64,000 bases of DNA. Origin: a bacterium. GTDB lineage: Bacteria; Patescibacteriota; Minisyncoccia; 2-02-FULL-40-12; IGHO2-12-FULL-4. The notes under the pieces were generated by a model that searched no databases, had not been told where the DNA came from, and was given only the letters and a program-made list of their open reading frames with translations. The stretch is from the NCBI GenBank assembly GCA_030647955.1, contig JAUSIQ010000038.1, positions 421-64,420 on the forward strand. The letters are read 5' to 3'. Within the stretch, counting starts at the first letter, position 1. Every line of letters begins with the position of its first letter. Positions 29,891-40,000 of this stretch are shown here, piece after piece. A program made the position numbers and the translations under genes.

Positions 29891-31705
29891 ATGGAAATTA
29901 GAAATATTGCTATCATTGCGCATGTGGATCACGGGAAAACGACCTTAACTGACGCTATTATGCGCCAGACCGGTGCGTTTGAGGAAGGTATGAGTATGGA
30001 TTCTAACGCGCTCGAAAAAGAGCGTGGCATTACCATTTAAGCCAAAAACTACTAGATTAATTACAAGGGCTCAAAAATCATCATCGTGGATACCCCCGGA
30101 CACGCCGATTTCGGCTCCGAGGTAGAGCGGGTGTTGCGTTCGATTGATTCGGTGTTGCTGGTGGTGGACGCTCAAGAGGGTCCGATGCCGCAAACCCGTT
30201 TCGTTTTAAAAAAATCTTTGGAACTCGGCTTAAAGCCGATGGTTATTATTAATAAAATTGATAAACCGGCCGCCGATCCGGCGCGGACCGAAGAACAGGT
30301 CTTGGAACTTTTTATGGATCTTGGCGCCAACGACGAACAGCTTAATTTCACCGTGGTCTACGCCATTGGCCGTGAAGGAACCGCCAAAATGAATTTAGCG
30401 GATGAGGCCAAGGACTTAAGTCCTTTGCTCGACGCCATCTTGAAAGAAGTGCCCATCGCTTCTATAAAAGCAGACGAGCCCCTGCGTGCTCAACCTTTTA
30501 ACTTGGGTTATGATAATTTTTTGGGCCGTTTGGCGATTGCCCGTATTTACGAAGGAGGAATTAAAACCGGACAAACCGTTTATGTTAAGACTCCCCGCCA
30601 AAATGCAGACAATTTAGGCGGGCAAGCCGATGCGTTAGTACGTACGGGCAAGATCGTTAAGCTTTTCACTTTTAAAGGATTATCGCGGCAAGAAGTGGCC
30701 GAAGCGGGAGTGGGGGACATTGTGATGATCGCCGGCTTACCCGACATTTACATCGGAGAAACGATTTGTGCTTCTGCTGAACAAGAAGCTTTACCGGCTA
30801 TTAAAGTGGATGAGCCCACCATCGTTTTAAATTTTTTGGTTAACAACTCTCCTTTCGCCGGACGTGAAGGAAAATTTGTCACTACTCGTCAGATTCGCGA
30901 ACGTTTGGAAAAAGAACTGGAAATTAATGTGGGATTAAAGATTGATTTTTCCGGCGGCGATCGTTTTAAAGTTTTCGGACGCGGAGAATTACACATCGCT
31001 ATTTTACTTGAAAACATGCGTCGTGAAGGATATGAACTGCAGGTTTCCCAGCCCCACGTTATTATCAAAGAAGAAGACGGGGTCAAAACCGAACCATTTG
31101 AAGAAATTACCATTGATGTGCCCAGTGAATTCCAGGGAGCGGTCATCGAAAGACTTGGTCAGCGCGCGGCGCGAATGGTGAACATGAAAATTCATCACAA
31201 TACGGTGCGTTTAATATTCGAAGGACCGACTCGCGGCATTTTAGGTTATCGCGGGCAGTTTATCGTGGATACCAAAGGCGAGGGAATTTTCGCTAGCCAG
31301 GTGCTTGGTTTTCGTCCGTATGCCGGAGAAATTACCAAACGGGCCGTCGGTTCGATGGTTTCGATGATCACCGGTAAAGCTTCGGCTTTCTCTCTGTGGA
31401 ATTTGCAGGAGCGTGGCACTTTATACATTTTGCCCAATACGGAAGTATATGAAGGGATGGTGGTGGGTAATACTTCCAAAGGAGAAGAGATGGCTGTTAA
31501 TCCGATCAAAGGCAAACAGCTCACTAACGTACGCTCCGCCTCCAACGATGAAAATATTATGCTTGAGCCGCCATTCCTCATGACCATCGAACGCGGTTTA
31601 GAAATCATGGGTGAGGATGAGTATCTGGAAGTCACTCCTAAAAATACTCGTCTCCGCAAAGAATTTTTAACAGAAGCAGAGCGTTCTCGAACAAAAAAGT
31701 CCTAA
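29891..31705 (+). pseudogene. typA: Translational GTPase TypA/BipA with two in-frame stops (30038-30040 TAA, 30053-30055 TAG); real lesion or sequence error
   Basis: [19 protein letters not shown]...[29 protein letters not shown] in frame with the 30086 ORF; GRGELH, MRREGYEL, YEGM.VG, KQLTNVR. Confidence 0.9.
30594..30622. repeat. REP-like hairpin inserted in frame in typA (about PRQNADNLGGQ)
   Basis: cccgcc aaaatgcagacaattta ggcggg. Confidence 0.7.
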
Positions 31706-31722
31706 CCAGGACTTTTTTGTTT

Positions 31723-32427
31723 CTACTTTAATCCTAAACTTTTCAAAAAGTTTTCGAGTTCGAGGCCGGTGATTTCACGAAAGTCGCCGGCTTTTAATTT
31801 GCCGATAACGAGGTTCATAATGCGGGTGCGGAAAATGTCGCTGGTGGTGTAGCCGAAAGACGAGGCCATGCGGCGGATTTGGTGCTTCTTGCCTTCGGTT
31901 AAAACAATTCTAAATTCTTGCGGGCCGATTTGAGTGACCTTGGCGGGCTTGGTGCGGTAGTCTTCGATCTGCACTCCTTGCGCCAGGTTTTTTATAAAAT
32001 GAGCGGTGAGGGGTTTATTAACTTTTACTTGGTATTCTTTTTCGTGAAAGCGAGAAGGGCTTAAAAGTCTTTCGACAATACGGCCGTCGTCGGTGAGGAC
32101 GATCAAACCGCGAGAGTCTTTATCAAGGCGACCGACAGGAAAGACACGTTGCTTGAGTTTTAAAATGTCCGCGATTTCTTTTTCTTCGCCTTGAGGACTG
32201 TGAGTGATAATGCCGCGAGGTTTAAAGTATAAAAAATAGGAGTACTGTTTTTTCTGAGCGCGATTAATGGTTACGCTAACAACGTCCTTCTCTTGGACGA
32301 TGTCGCCAACAATGGCGAGACGATCATTAATTTTTACGCACTTTTTTTCGATCAACTCGTCTGCCTGGCGTCGAGTAGCGTAGCCTTTGAGCGCGAGATA
32401 TCTGTTAATGCGAATAGGGAAAACCAT
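31723..32427 (-). CDS. RsuA/RluB/F-family pseudouridine synthase
   Basis: S4 domain, FKPRG, VGRLDKDSRGL, EGKKHQIRRM. Confidence 0.93.
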   Translation of the reverse strand: MVFPIRINRYLALKGYATRRQADELIEKKCVKINDRLAIVGDIVQEKDVVSVTINRAQKKQYSYFLYFKPRGIITHSPQGEEKEIADILKLKQRVFPVGRLDKDSRGLIVLTDDGRIVERLLSPSRFHEKEYQVKVNKPLTAHFIKNLAQGVQIEDYRTKPAKVTQIGPQEFRIVLTEGKKHQIRRMASSFGYTTSDIFRTRIMNLVIGKLKAGDFREITGLELENFLKSLGLK

Positions 32428-32522
32428 TTCTATATTCTACATTATTTATATAATCTTGGCAATGGTGGTTTTGAGTATTAGAAAAGGGGAGTGGGGACTC
32501 CCCTTTGTCGGCAACGGCGCCG

Positions 32523-32723
32523 TCATTCGGCGATAAACTCGCCGTGCGACTTGCACTTCGCCGTTCTTCCAAACAGCTTCGTTCGGAAGGTACCGAGGTT
32601 GTGGTTGCAACGCCGGCACAGTGGGTAGCGCCGCAAATCGTACGGCAACATCACCCCGATGATCCCGAACGAAATAACTATCGACATAAGATAAGCCCAT
32701 CCGAAGACAATCATTATCTGCAT
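32523..32723 (-). CDS. Small TM protein with CxxC..CxxH zinc ribbon
   Basis: GGAGG upstream; TM helix, then CRRC and CKSH. Confidence 0.55.
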   Translation of the reverse strand: MQIMIVFGWAYLMSIVISFGIIGVMLPYDLRRYPLCRRCNHNLGTFRTKLFGRTAKCKSHGEFIAE

Positions 32724-32827
32724 GTCAATCCTCCCACGCTACTATAATTATAGCATATTTAATGAACAAAAGTCAAATGTACTTATGGCAGTATTTGCAT
32801 TTCAATATAACCTGCTAAAATAGGTGG

Positions 32828-33151
32828 ATGGCGGAATTCAAAACTTTATTAAAAAGAGCGGAGAAAGTTAAGTTTAAATACGAGGAGTTGAATCGGCGAA
32901 AAGGCCAGGTTTCTTGGCGAGCGCCGGAGTATGCCCAAGGTTTGGTGGGGGATGCGGCCGACCTCATTAAATTCGTTTTAGCCTACAAAAAATCCAAGAA
33001 GAAGAAAGAAATGGATAAAAAAATCCGTCACGAATTGGCCGACTGTCTATGGTCCATGATGGCAGTGGCGCTCGAACTTGATATAGATTTGGAAAAAGAA
33101 TTTTTGTTAAATTTAGAATATTTAGAACAGAAACTTACGGAGGAAGAATAA
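32828..33151 (+). CDS. MazG-like nucleotide pyrophosphohydrolase
   Basis: GLVGDAADL, HELADCLWS, DIDLEKEF. Confidence 0.8.
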   Translation: MAEFKTLLKRAEKVKFKYEELNRRKGQVSWRAPEYAQGLVGDAADLIKFVLAYKKSKKKKEMDKKIRHELADCLWSMMAVALELDIDLEKEFLLNLEYLEQKLTEEE

Positions 33152-33152
33152 C

Positions 33153-33926
33153 ATGTCGCAATATTATAACCCCAGACGAACCAGAAATGTTTTTAAAGCC
33201 AACTCGGACGAGCCGTTTCGTTTGAGTCGCTCAAAAATCGATCTTTTTTTAAACTGTGCACGGTGTTTTTATCTGGACCGGCGTTTGGGAGTAGGTCAGC
33301 CACCCGGGTTTCCGTTTAGTCTAAATTCAGCCGTAGATCATCTTTTAAAGAAAGAATTTGATACGCATCGAAGCAAGGGCACACCCCATCCGCTAATGGT
33401 TTCTCATGGCATTGAGGCGGTTCCTTTCGCGCATAGCCAGTTAGATGAGTGGCGAGATTCTTTGCGTCGGGGAATCACTTATCATCATCCCGAAACGAAC
33501 CTGGTTATTACCGGAGGAGTGGACGATTTATGGGCAAATCCGCAGGGAGAAATTATGGTAGTGGACTATAAGGCGACTTCCAAAGATGGCGAAGTTTCGC
33601 TGGATGCGGATTGGCAGATTGGTTACAAGCGGCAGATGGAAATTTACCAGTGGCTTTTCAGAAAGAATAACTTTAAAGTTTCACCGGTGGGATATTTCGT
33701 GTATTGTAATGGGCAGACGAATCGCGAAATGTTTGATAGTAAATTAGAGTTCACCGTTAAGGTTATTCCTTACAAAGGCGACGACACTTGGGTGGAAGGG
33801 GCGATTAAGAATGCTCATGCTTGCTTGAGTAAAGACACTCTTCCGAAGGCCTCCCCCAATTGTGATTTTTGTGCTTACTTTGGTGCGCGACGCGATGTGG
33901 ATTATCAAGAATCTCTTAATATATAG
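33153..33926 (+). CDS. PD-(D/E)XK nuclease (RecB/Cas4-like)
   Basis: LSRSKI..F..CARCFY, GGVDD, VVDYKAT, QMEIYQW, C-terminal CDFC. Confidence 0.85.
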   Translation: MSQYYNPRRTRNVFKANSDEPFRLSRSKIDLFLNCARCFYLDRRLGVGQPPGFPFSLNSAVDHLLKKEFDTHRSKGTPHPLMVSHGIEAVPFAHSQLDEWRDSLRRGITYHHPETNLVITGGVDDLWANPQGEIMVVDYKATSKDGEVSLDADWQIGYKRQMEIYQWLFRKNNFKVSPVGYFVYCNGQTNREMFDSKLEFTVKVIPYKGDDTWVEGAIKNAHACLSKDTLPKASPNCDFCAYFGARRDVDYQESLNI

Positions 33927-33928
33927 GT

Positions 33929-34390
33929 ATGATTAAAGTTGGACAATTAGCGCCGGATTTTTCTTTGCCGGATCAAAATGGAAAAGAGCATAAGCTTTCT
34001 GATTACAGAGGGAAGTGGGTTTTGTTATATTTTTATCCGAAAGACGATACGCCGGGATGTACGAAAGAAGCCTGTGCGATTCGCGATAACCTACCTGATT
34101 TTAAAAAGCTAAAGACGGTGGTTTTGGGCGTGAGTGCGGATAGTGTTAAAAAACACGCCAAGTTCGCGGAAAAATACGAGCTGTCTTTTACGCTGTTGGC
34201 GGATGAGGATAAGAAGGTGGTTAAGCAGTACGAGGTGTGGGATGAAAAGAAGTTCATGGGCCGCACCTATTTCGGTATTTTGCGCACCTCTTTTTTGATC
34301 GATCCGCAGGGTAAAATAGCCAAAATCTACGAGAAAGTTAAGCCAGAGATTCACGCCGAAGAAGTGCTTCAGGATCTACGTAGCCTTTGA
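33929..34390 (+). CDS. bcp: Thioredoxin-dependent peroxiredoxin Bcp
   Basis: [15 protein letters not shown]; RTSFLID. Confidence 0.93.
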   Translation: MIKVGQLAPDFSLPDQNGKEHKLSDYRGKWVLLYFYPKDDTPGCTKEACAIRDNLPDFKKLKTVVLGVSADSVKKHAKFAEKYELSFTLLADEDKKVVKQYEVWDEKKFMGRTYFGILRTSFLIDPQGKIAKIYEKVKPEIHAEEVLQDLRSL

Positions 34391-34415
34391 CATCTAGACC
34401 TCTTTCTGCTATAAT
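34387..34415 (+). promoter_or_regulatory. Sigma70 promoter of the helicase gene
   Basis: TTGACA-17 bp-TATAAT with extended -10 TG. Confidence 0.85.
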
Positions 34416-34553
34416 GGATAGATAATATAAAGCTGCTTATTGCAGCACGGGATCCCAGTACCATCCTCAAGGAGGAGCTACGGGACAGGCTCGAAACCTC
34501 AACTGCGTCACTCCATCTAATGTATTGACCCTGTAGGCTCTCGGGTCAAATAT

Positions 34554-35942
34554 ATGACAGAAAAACATATGGCCGAAGCGGCCACTAGTTTCTACGGATT
34601 GGGCATTGCTCCTCGTCTGTTGGAAATTCTTGATAGTTTAAGCTTTAAAGTACCGACTCCTATTCAGCACAAGGCTATTCCCTTGGCGATTGAAGGAAAG
34701 GATGTCATCGGTATCGCGCAAACCGGAACAGGAAAAACCCTGGCTTTTGGTGTGCCCATGCTTCAGCGCATCGGTCAAACGAAGGGTAAGGGATTGGTAG
34801 TTTTGCCCACTCGTGAGCTGGCATTGCAGGTAGATGAAACCATCCAAAAGATCGGACGATCTTTTGGAGTGAGAACGGCCGTGCTGATTGGCGGTGCTTC
34901 GATGGATCAACAGTTGAGAATGTTGAATAAAAACCCACACGTCATCATTGGTACTCCCGGACGTATTTTGGATCACCTCGAACACAAATCGATTGATTTA
35001 CAGGAAACCAAAATCTTAGTTTTAGACGAGGCGGACCGCATGCTCGATATGGGCTTTGCTCCGCAGATCAAGCGCATTTTGCAAGGTGTCTCTAAAGAGA
35101 GACAAACTTTGTTGTTCTCGGCGACGATGCCGAATGACATTATGCGCATCGCTAACACTTATATGAAGTTACCTCTGCACATTGAGGTAGCGCCTTCGGG
35201 AACGGCAGCGGAACTCGTAGAACAGGAGTTGTTTGTGGTGACCAGAGATCAAAAATTACGCTTACTCGATAAGCTCTTGTCTGAATATCGTGGCACGGTG
35301 TTGATTTTCTCTCGCACCAAATTTGGCGCGAAAAAAATTACGCGGGCAGTATTGGGGATGAAACACACTGCGTCCGAGATTCACTCCAACCGTTCTCTGG
35401 CGCAACGCAAAGATGCTTTAGGGGGATTCAAGAACGGAAAATATCGCGTCTTAGTGGCGACGGACATCGCCGCGCGTGGTATTGATGTAAAAGATATTGA
35501 GGTGGTTATTAACTTTGATATTCCTGAGCACGCCGAAGACTATGTGCATCGCATTGGTCGTACCGGCCGAGCGGGAAGTAAGGGGCGCGCCATTACTTTC
35601 GCCACTCCCGAACAGGGTCAAGAAGTGCGTGATATTCAAAAGATCATTCGCACCTGGATTCCGATTACCAAATTACCGGATCTGCCGGCCCAGAGACCGA
35701 TGGCTTACATTCCTCCGGACGCAGAACCGTTTAGACGCGGTGCTCCTTCCGGGCGACCTTCTTATGGAAATCGTCCTCAAGGGCGACCACCTTTTCGTGG
35801 CTCTCGTCCTTCCGGACCAAGGGGCGGCTCTCGTCCGCGAAAACCTTTTCGTCCCACGCGCGACTCTGAAAATTCAGAAAAGCGCGAAGGCTCTGCCGGC
35901 GCCTTCTGGATTCAAAAAACTCCTCCTCGTGACGATCTCTAA
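34554..35942 (+). CDS. DEAD-box RNA helicase (RhlE/DeaD-like)
   Basis: Q motif, AQTGTGKT, PTRELA, DEAD, SAT, HRIGRTGR; R/G/P-rich tail. Confidence 0.96.
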   Translation: MTEKHMAEAATSFYGLGIAPRLLEILDSLSFKVPTPIQHKAIPLAIEGKDVIGIAQTGTGKTLAFGVPMLQRIGQTKGKGLVVLPTRELALQVDETIQKIGRSFGVRTAVLIGGASMDQQLRMLNKNPHVIIGTPGRILDHLEHKSIDLQETKILVLDEADRMLDMGFAPQIKRILQGVSKERQTLLFSATMPNDIMRIANTYMKLPLHIEVAPSGTAAELVEQELFVVTRDQKLRLLDKLLSEYRGTVLIFSRTKFGAKKITRAVLGMKHTASEIHSNRSLAQRKDALGGFKNGKYRVLVATDIAARGIDVKDIEVVINFDIPEHAEDYVHRIGRTGRAGSKGRAITFATPEQGQEVRDIQKIIRTWIPITKLPDLPAQRPMAYIPPDAEPFRRGAPSGRPSYGNRPQGRPPFRGSRPSGPRGGSRPRKPFRPTRDSENSEKREGSAGAFWIQKTPPRDDL

Positions 35943-35962
35943 ACCGCCTTCGGCGGTTTTTT
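35940..35962 (+). terminator. Intrinsic terminator
   Basis: aaaccgcc ttcg gcggttttt. Confidence 0.75.
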
Positions 35963-36079
35963 GATGTAAGAAGCTACTCTCCGCTTCGTCATAATAAGAA
36001 AGCTATGGGCCGCCAAATGGGCGAGCCTCGCTAAAGGCGGGTCGAGGGCTTATTTATTAATCCTTTAATATTAAAATAT

Positions 36080-36553
36080 ATGAATAAAACACTATTAGGG
36101 TCAGTACTAGGTTTGGCGGTGGTTTTTACGGCAGTGGCGCCGGCATTTGCTCATAAGAATAATGATCGAGATGATGATAAGAAGATGCCGCGTGTTTCCG
36201 TTGCTCCAGTCGTGTTAACTGTAGAACAGAAAACTTGTATGATTAACGCCGTTGATAAAAGAGAAACGGCGCTGATTACGGCTTTGGACAAGTTTCATGC
36301 TTCCACTAAGACCGTGTTGGAAGTCAGAAAAGAAGCTTTAAAGAAAGCTTGGAATTTGAGCGATGAGAAGGAACGCCAGACAGCGATCAAAGCCGCATGG
36401 AATACTTTCAAGGAATCGATCAAAAAGGCTGGTAAAGAATTAAAAGAAGCTCGAAAGTCGGCTTGGAGGCAATACGAAGTCGACCGCAAAGCTTGTAATG
36501 TGAGTGCTTGGGATATTCGCGTAAAAGATTTTCACCAGTTTCATATCTGGTAG
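36080..36553 (+). CDS. Secreted helical hypothetical protein
   Basis: AFA signal peptide; two Cys flanking a charged helical region. Confidence 0.75.
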   Translation: MNKTLLGSVLGLAVVFTAVAPAFAHKNNDRDDDKKMPRVSVAPVVLTVEQKTCMINAVDKRETALITALDKFHASTKTVLEVRKEALKKAWNLSDEKERQTAIKAAWNTFKESIKKAGKELKEARKSAWRQYEVDRKACNVSAWDIRVKDFHQFHIW

Positions 36554-36557
36554 AAAG

Positions 36558-36587
36558 AAGAAAACCACCCTGCGGGGTGGTTTTCTT
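36558..36587. terminator. Intrinsic terminator
   Basis: aagaaaaccaccc tgcg gggtggttttctt. Confidence 0.8.
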
Positions 36588-36716
36588 GATGTGGATAACT
36601 TGGTCATGTATTTAATAAGGTCTTGGAGATATAATAAAGTAGTAAAACTTTAAATAACTAACGACAGGCTAGTCAGTGTTCAGCACTGATAAGTTATTCG
36701 TTAATAGTTACCTCGT

Positions 36717-36983
36717 ATGGAACATCGGCTAAGTACTATTTGGGTGGCGATTATTGTCACTATTGTCCTAGTGGGAGGATTGGTCGTGGGTTTTTGGATA
36801 GGGGACCAGAAAGGATACGCTAGGGCAGAGGCGGACGTTAAGAAAGTGCAAGAAGAAGCGGGGAAAAAAGCGGCGGAAGATGCGGCCAAGGCTGCTAATC
36901 CTTTCCAGGCCGCCAATCCTTTGGAAGGGGTCGAAGCCAATCCTTTTGAGAAGACTAAGAGCATCCTTAATCCCTTCAAGTAG
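36717..36983 (+). CDS. Small membrane protein with repeated ANP(F/L) motifs
   Basis: N-terminal TM; ANPF, ANPL, ANPF, NPFK. Confidence 0.75.
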   Translation: MEHRLSTIWVAIIVTIVLVGGLVVGFWIGDQKGYARAEADVKKVQEEAGKKAAEDAAKAANPFQAANPLEGVEANPFEKTKSILNPFK

Positions 36984-37034
36984 TCTTATGGGCTCTGCAC
37001 TTTACGGTATAGCCGAGGCAGGGCCTTTTCACTT

Positions 37035-40000
37035 ATGAAACAATTTAATTATAAAAAAACTATAGGGGTCGTGGCGATTACAATCGGGCTTTTTGCTTCG
37101 GTTTTTCTTTTCTCTCCGTCCGTTTTAGCCGAAGAAACAGATGCAGCCATAACCGCTGCCTTAGAGGATCTAGGGGCGGCTGTCGGCCAGACGGTGAGCA
37201 GTAAAGATCAGGCCGTGGCAATCTGTGATTCGGAGAAATATTTTGAGATTTGCGCTAAGGTTGGGAGAGAGCATAATTTGTATACATCAGAAGAGGTTAA
37301 GCAGGTAGATACATTCATTACCGAAATCAGAGGAGCGTTGGCCGATCAGTTAAAGAACTGCCAAACTACGGAGTGCCTTTTAGGCGTTGCCAATGAACTA
37401 GCTAAGAAAGTTTCGGCCAAGGATTCTAAATTAGCTGAGAGTTTTGAGCTGACGGCCACCTTCGTAGCTAAAAAGCAGGCCGTCATTTCTGCTGCCAAAG
37501 AGGCAGGAGTAGATTATGATACCTGTCGCAATATGGACCCCGATACCGCCGAGATTAATACCTTGCGCGCTTGCGCCAGGCTAGCTAAGGATAACCGGGT
37601 TAGAGATATCATCCCAGAAGCGGCCAGGGCACAAGCTGAAAAATACGGAGAATACGCCGATAAATCGGTTGAGCTTCGAGTTTCTTTGCAGAGTGGTGAG
37701 TTTCAGTGCGGGGACGGCACCTTAGATGGCTGTGGAGACTTTTGCTTAAATCCCAATGCAACCGACCGTGCACAAGGGGCTTCGGTTATCCCTCCCGTTT
37801 GCCGTCAAATTGCAGAGAAATTCTTTGGTGCTGATGGAGTGAAGCATTTAGAGGATTCCCATAGCCAGGTCAACCAGGTCAAAGACTATCACAAGAAAAA
37901 AGCTGATAACATTATTTTCACCACTCTGGACGGCCGTACTTTAAGTAACCCGGAAGAAATTGGCCGGTACATGGAAGAACAGGGCAGGACGGGAAATGTT
38001 GAAGCGGTGGAGAAAGGCATGGATTTTATGATCAGCAAGGGTTTTGTTAATCCGGAAGAGAAGGAGTTCGTATTGAAATACGTGAAACAAGCCAGAGATC
38101 AGGGCGGTAATATCGATTTTGATAAATGCGCTCAAGATCCTCGATCTTGTCAGCAATTTATTCCCGATGATCAGCGCGGAGAGTTTGAAGCTCAAGTTCA
38201 ACTTCAGGAAAGTCTCCAGCAAGAGCTAGGATTTAACCCCAGGGATTGTAGAAATGCAGTCAACGATCAGGCCTTGGGTCAAAAATGTTGGGAAGCTTCC
38301 AAAAAAGTGCTTCCTCGAATTGAGGCGCTTAGTACGCAAGCCAGCTCTCCGGAATTGCAAAGATTTGTCAGAGAGATTAAACAAAATGTTTCTAGAACCG
38401 ATGATTTTTACCAGCGCAAAGAGGGTTTCCAGCAGGCCTTTCAACAACAGGGAGGTCCGGGGGGGTGCCGTTCCGAACAGGACTGTAGTACTTACTGTTC
38501 CGATTCGGCACACGGTCCAGAATGTATTGCTTTTGGGGCCAAGCAGGGCGTAGCTGGTTTTCGAGGAGAGGAAGCCGTAGATAAGTACCAGCAATATAAT
38601 AATACATTGCAGAGACCGCAGTATGGGAATCAGGGCTATCCTTTGCCTTTGCCGGGAGTGTTTCCGGGGCAAGGCAATCAGCAGGGTTTTCCTGGACAAG
38701 GCTACCCTGTTCAAGGTGGATTTCCCGGAGGGGGACCGGCTGGACCTAGTCCCGAGTGCTTTGCCGCTATTAAGGCTGGTGACTTTGCTAAAGCCAAGCT
38801 AGCTTGCGAGTCGCATGTTGCTAATCCGGAGCCGATTCGTTCGATCTGTCCTGCGCTATATAGCGTGGAGAGTTGTCCAGTGGGAGAAATCAAAGTAGTC
38901 AGCTACTCTTCTCCAGAATGCGGTGTTTACTACTCTTGCCAAAAAGAATATCGAGGAGAGGTCACGGCGTTGCCTTATCCAAGCTACTCGCCATATCCCA
39001 CTTACAGCTACACTCCCTATCCCACTGGTGGAGATGGCCGTTACTGTCCGCCGCCCAGTTACTGGGATGAATCTATCAGGGGATGTCGCAGTGGAGGATC
39101 TTATTCGCCTTATCCCACTTCTGGCGGTTCTTGGATAAACAAGACCTGGAAGTTTAAAGATGGCTCTTCCCAATCCTCTTCCATCCTTAGCAGAACTGAC
39201 AGTGAGTATGTCAATTATATTACTGGTATTTATAACGACTGTGCCAGTAAGTATTTTAGCGGTTGGAAGTCTGGCAGCGGTGATCAGAGCAATTGGCAGG
39301 AGTTTGGTGTTCCGACTTGTTCAACGACGCCTTCTCAACAACCAACGTATTCACCCTGGCCGAGTAGCTCCTACTCTCCTTATCCGACCTCAACTGGTAC
39401 TGGCGGATTGTACAGCTGTTTCTACCCGAATGCCTCCAGGAGTGGCCAACCAACTGGCTATACAGTTTGGTGCGAGAAAGATTACTTCAATTGTCATGAG
39501 GGAAGTAAAACCGGTTCTTCTATCAGCTTGGACGGTCTCTCCCTCGGCGCTCCTAGCAGTTGTGAAGGAGGATGGCAAACGTCACCTTATCCAACCACTA
39601 GCTATACGCCGTACCCAAGCGGTACGCCCACTAGCAGTGGTAGTTGCCCGAGCGGAGCGCACACCATGTATGTTAATGGTGCTGGCGGATATTGCATGTC
39701 TGATGCCGACACATCCAAGTGTGGACCGCTTAATTCTTCTAGTACAGGTTCCTTTGGATCCTGCTCGACATATCAAGGTAGCACCAATACGCCAACTAAT
39801 GATTACGGTTCTTGCGGTACTGCCACCAGCCAATCATCCTGCACGGCCATTTCCAACTGCTATTGGTATTCTGGCACCAACCCATACTGTTACTACAGTT
39901 CAACCCCGCCAGCGTCTACCTATACTCCGTACCCGACTACTTCAGGAGGATCTTGCGTTTCCGGTTCGCACAGCATGGGTAGTTACTGTATGTCCGATGC

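Noticed and set aside
30038-30055. Stop-codon reassignment or DGR mutagenesis explaining the typA stops
   Set aside because: TAA and TAG end many genes in the window; the likely changes are not restricted to adenines and no template repeat is visible
33153-33926. cas4 of a CRISPR-Cas system
   Set aside because: No array, cas1 or cas2 nearby; solo PD-(D/E)XK nucleases are common
35975-36050. GC-rich intergenic patch as an ncRNA or REP element
   Set aside because: Only short imperfect stems and no clear second copy in the window
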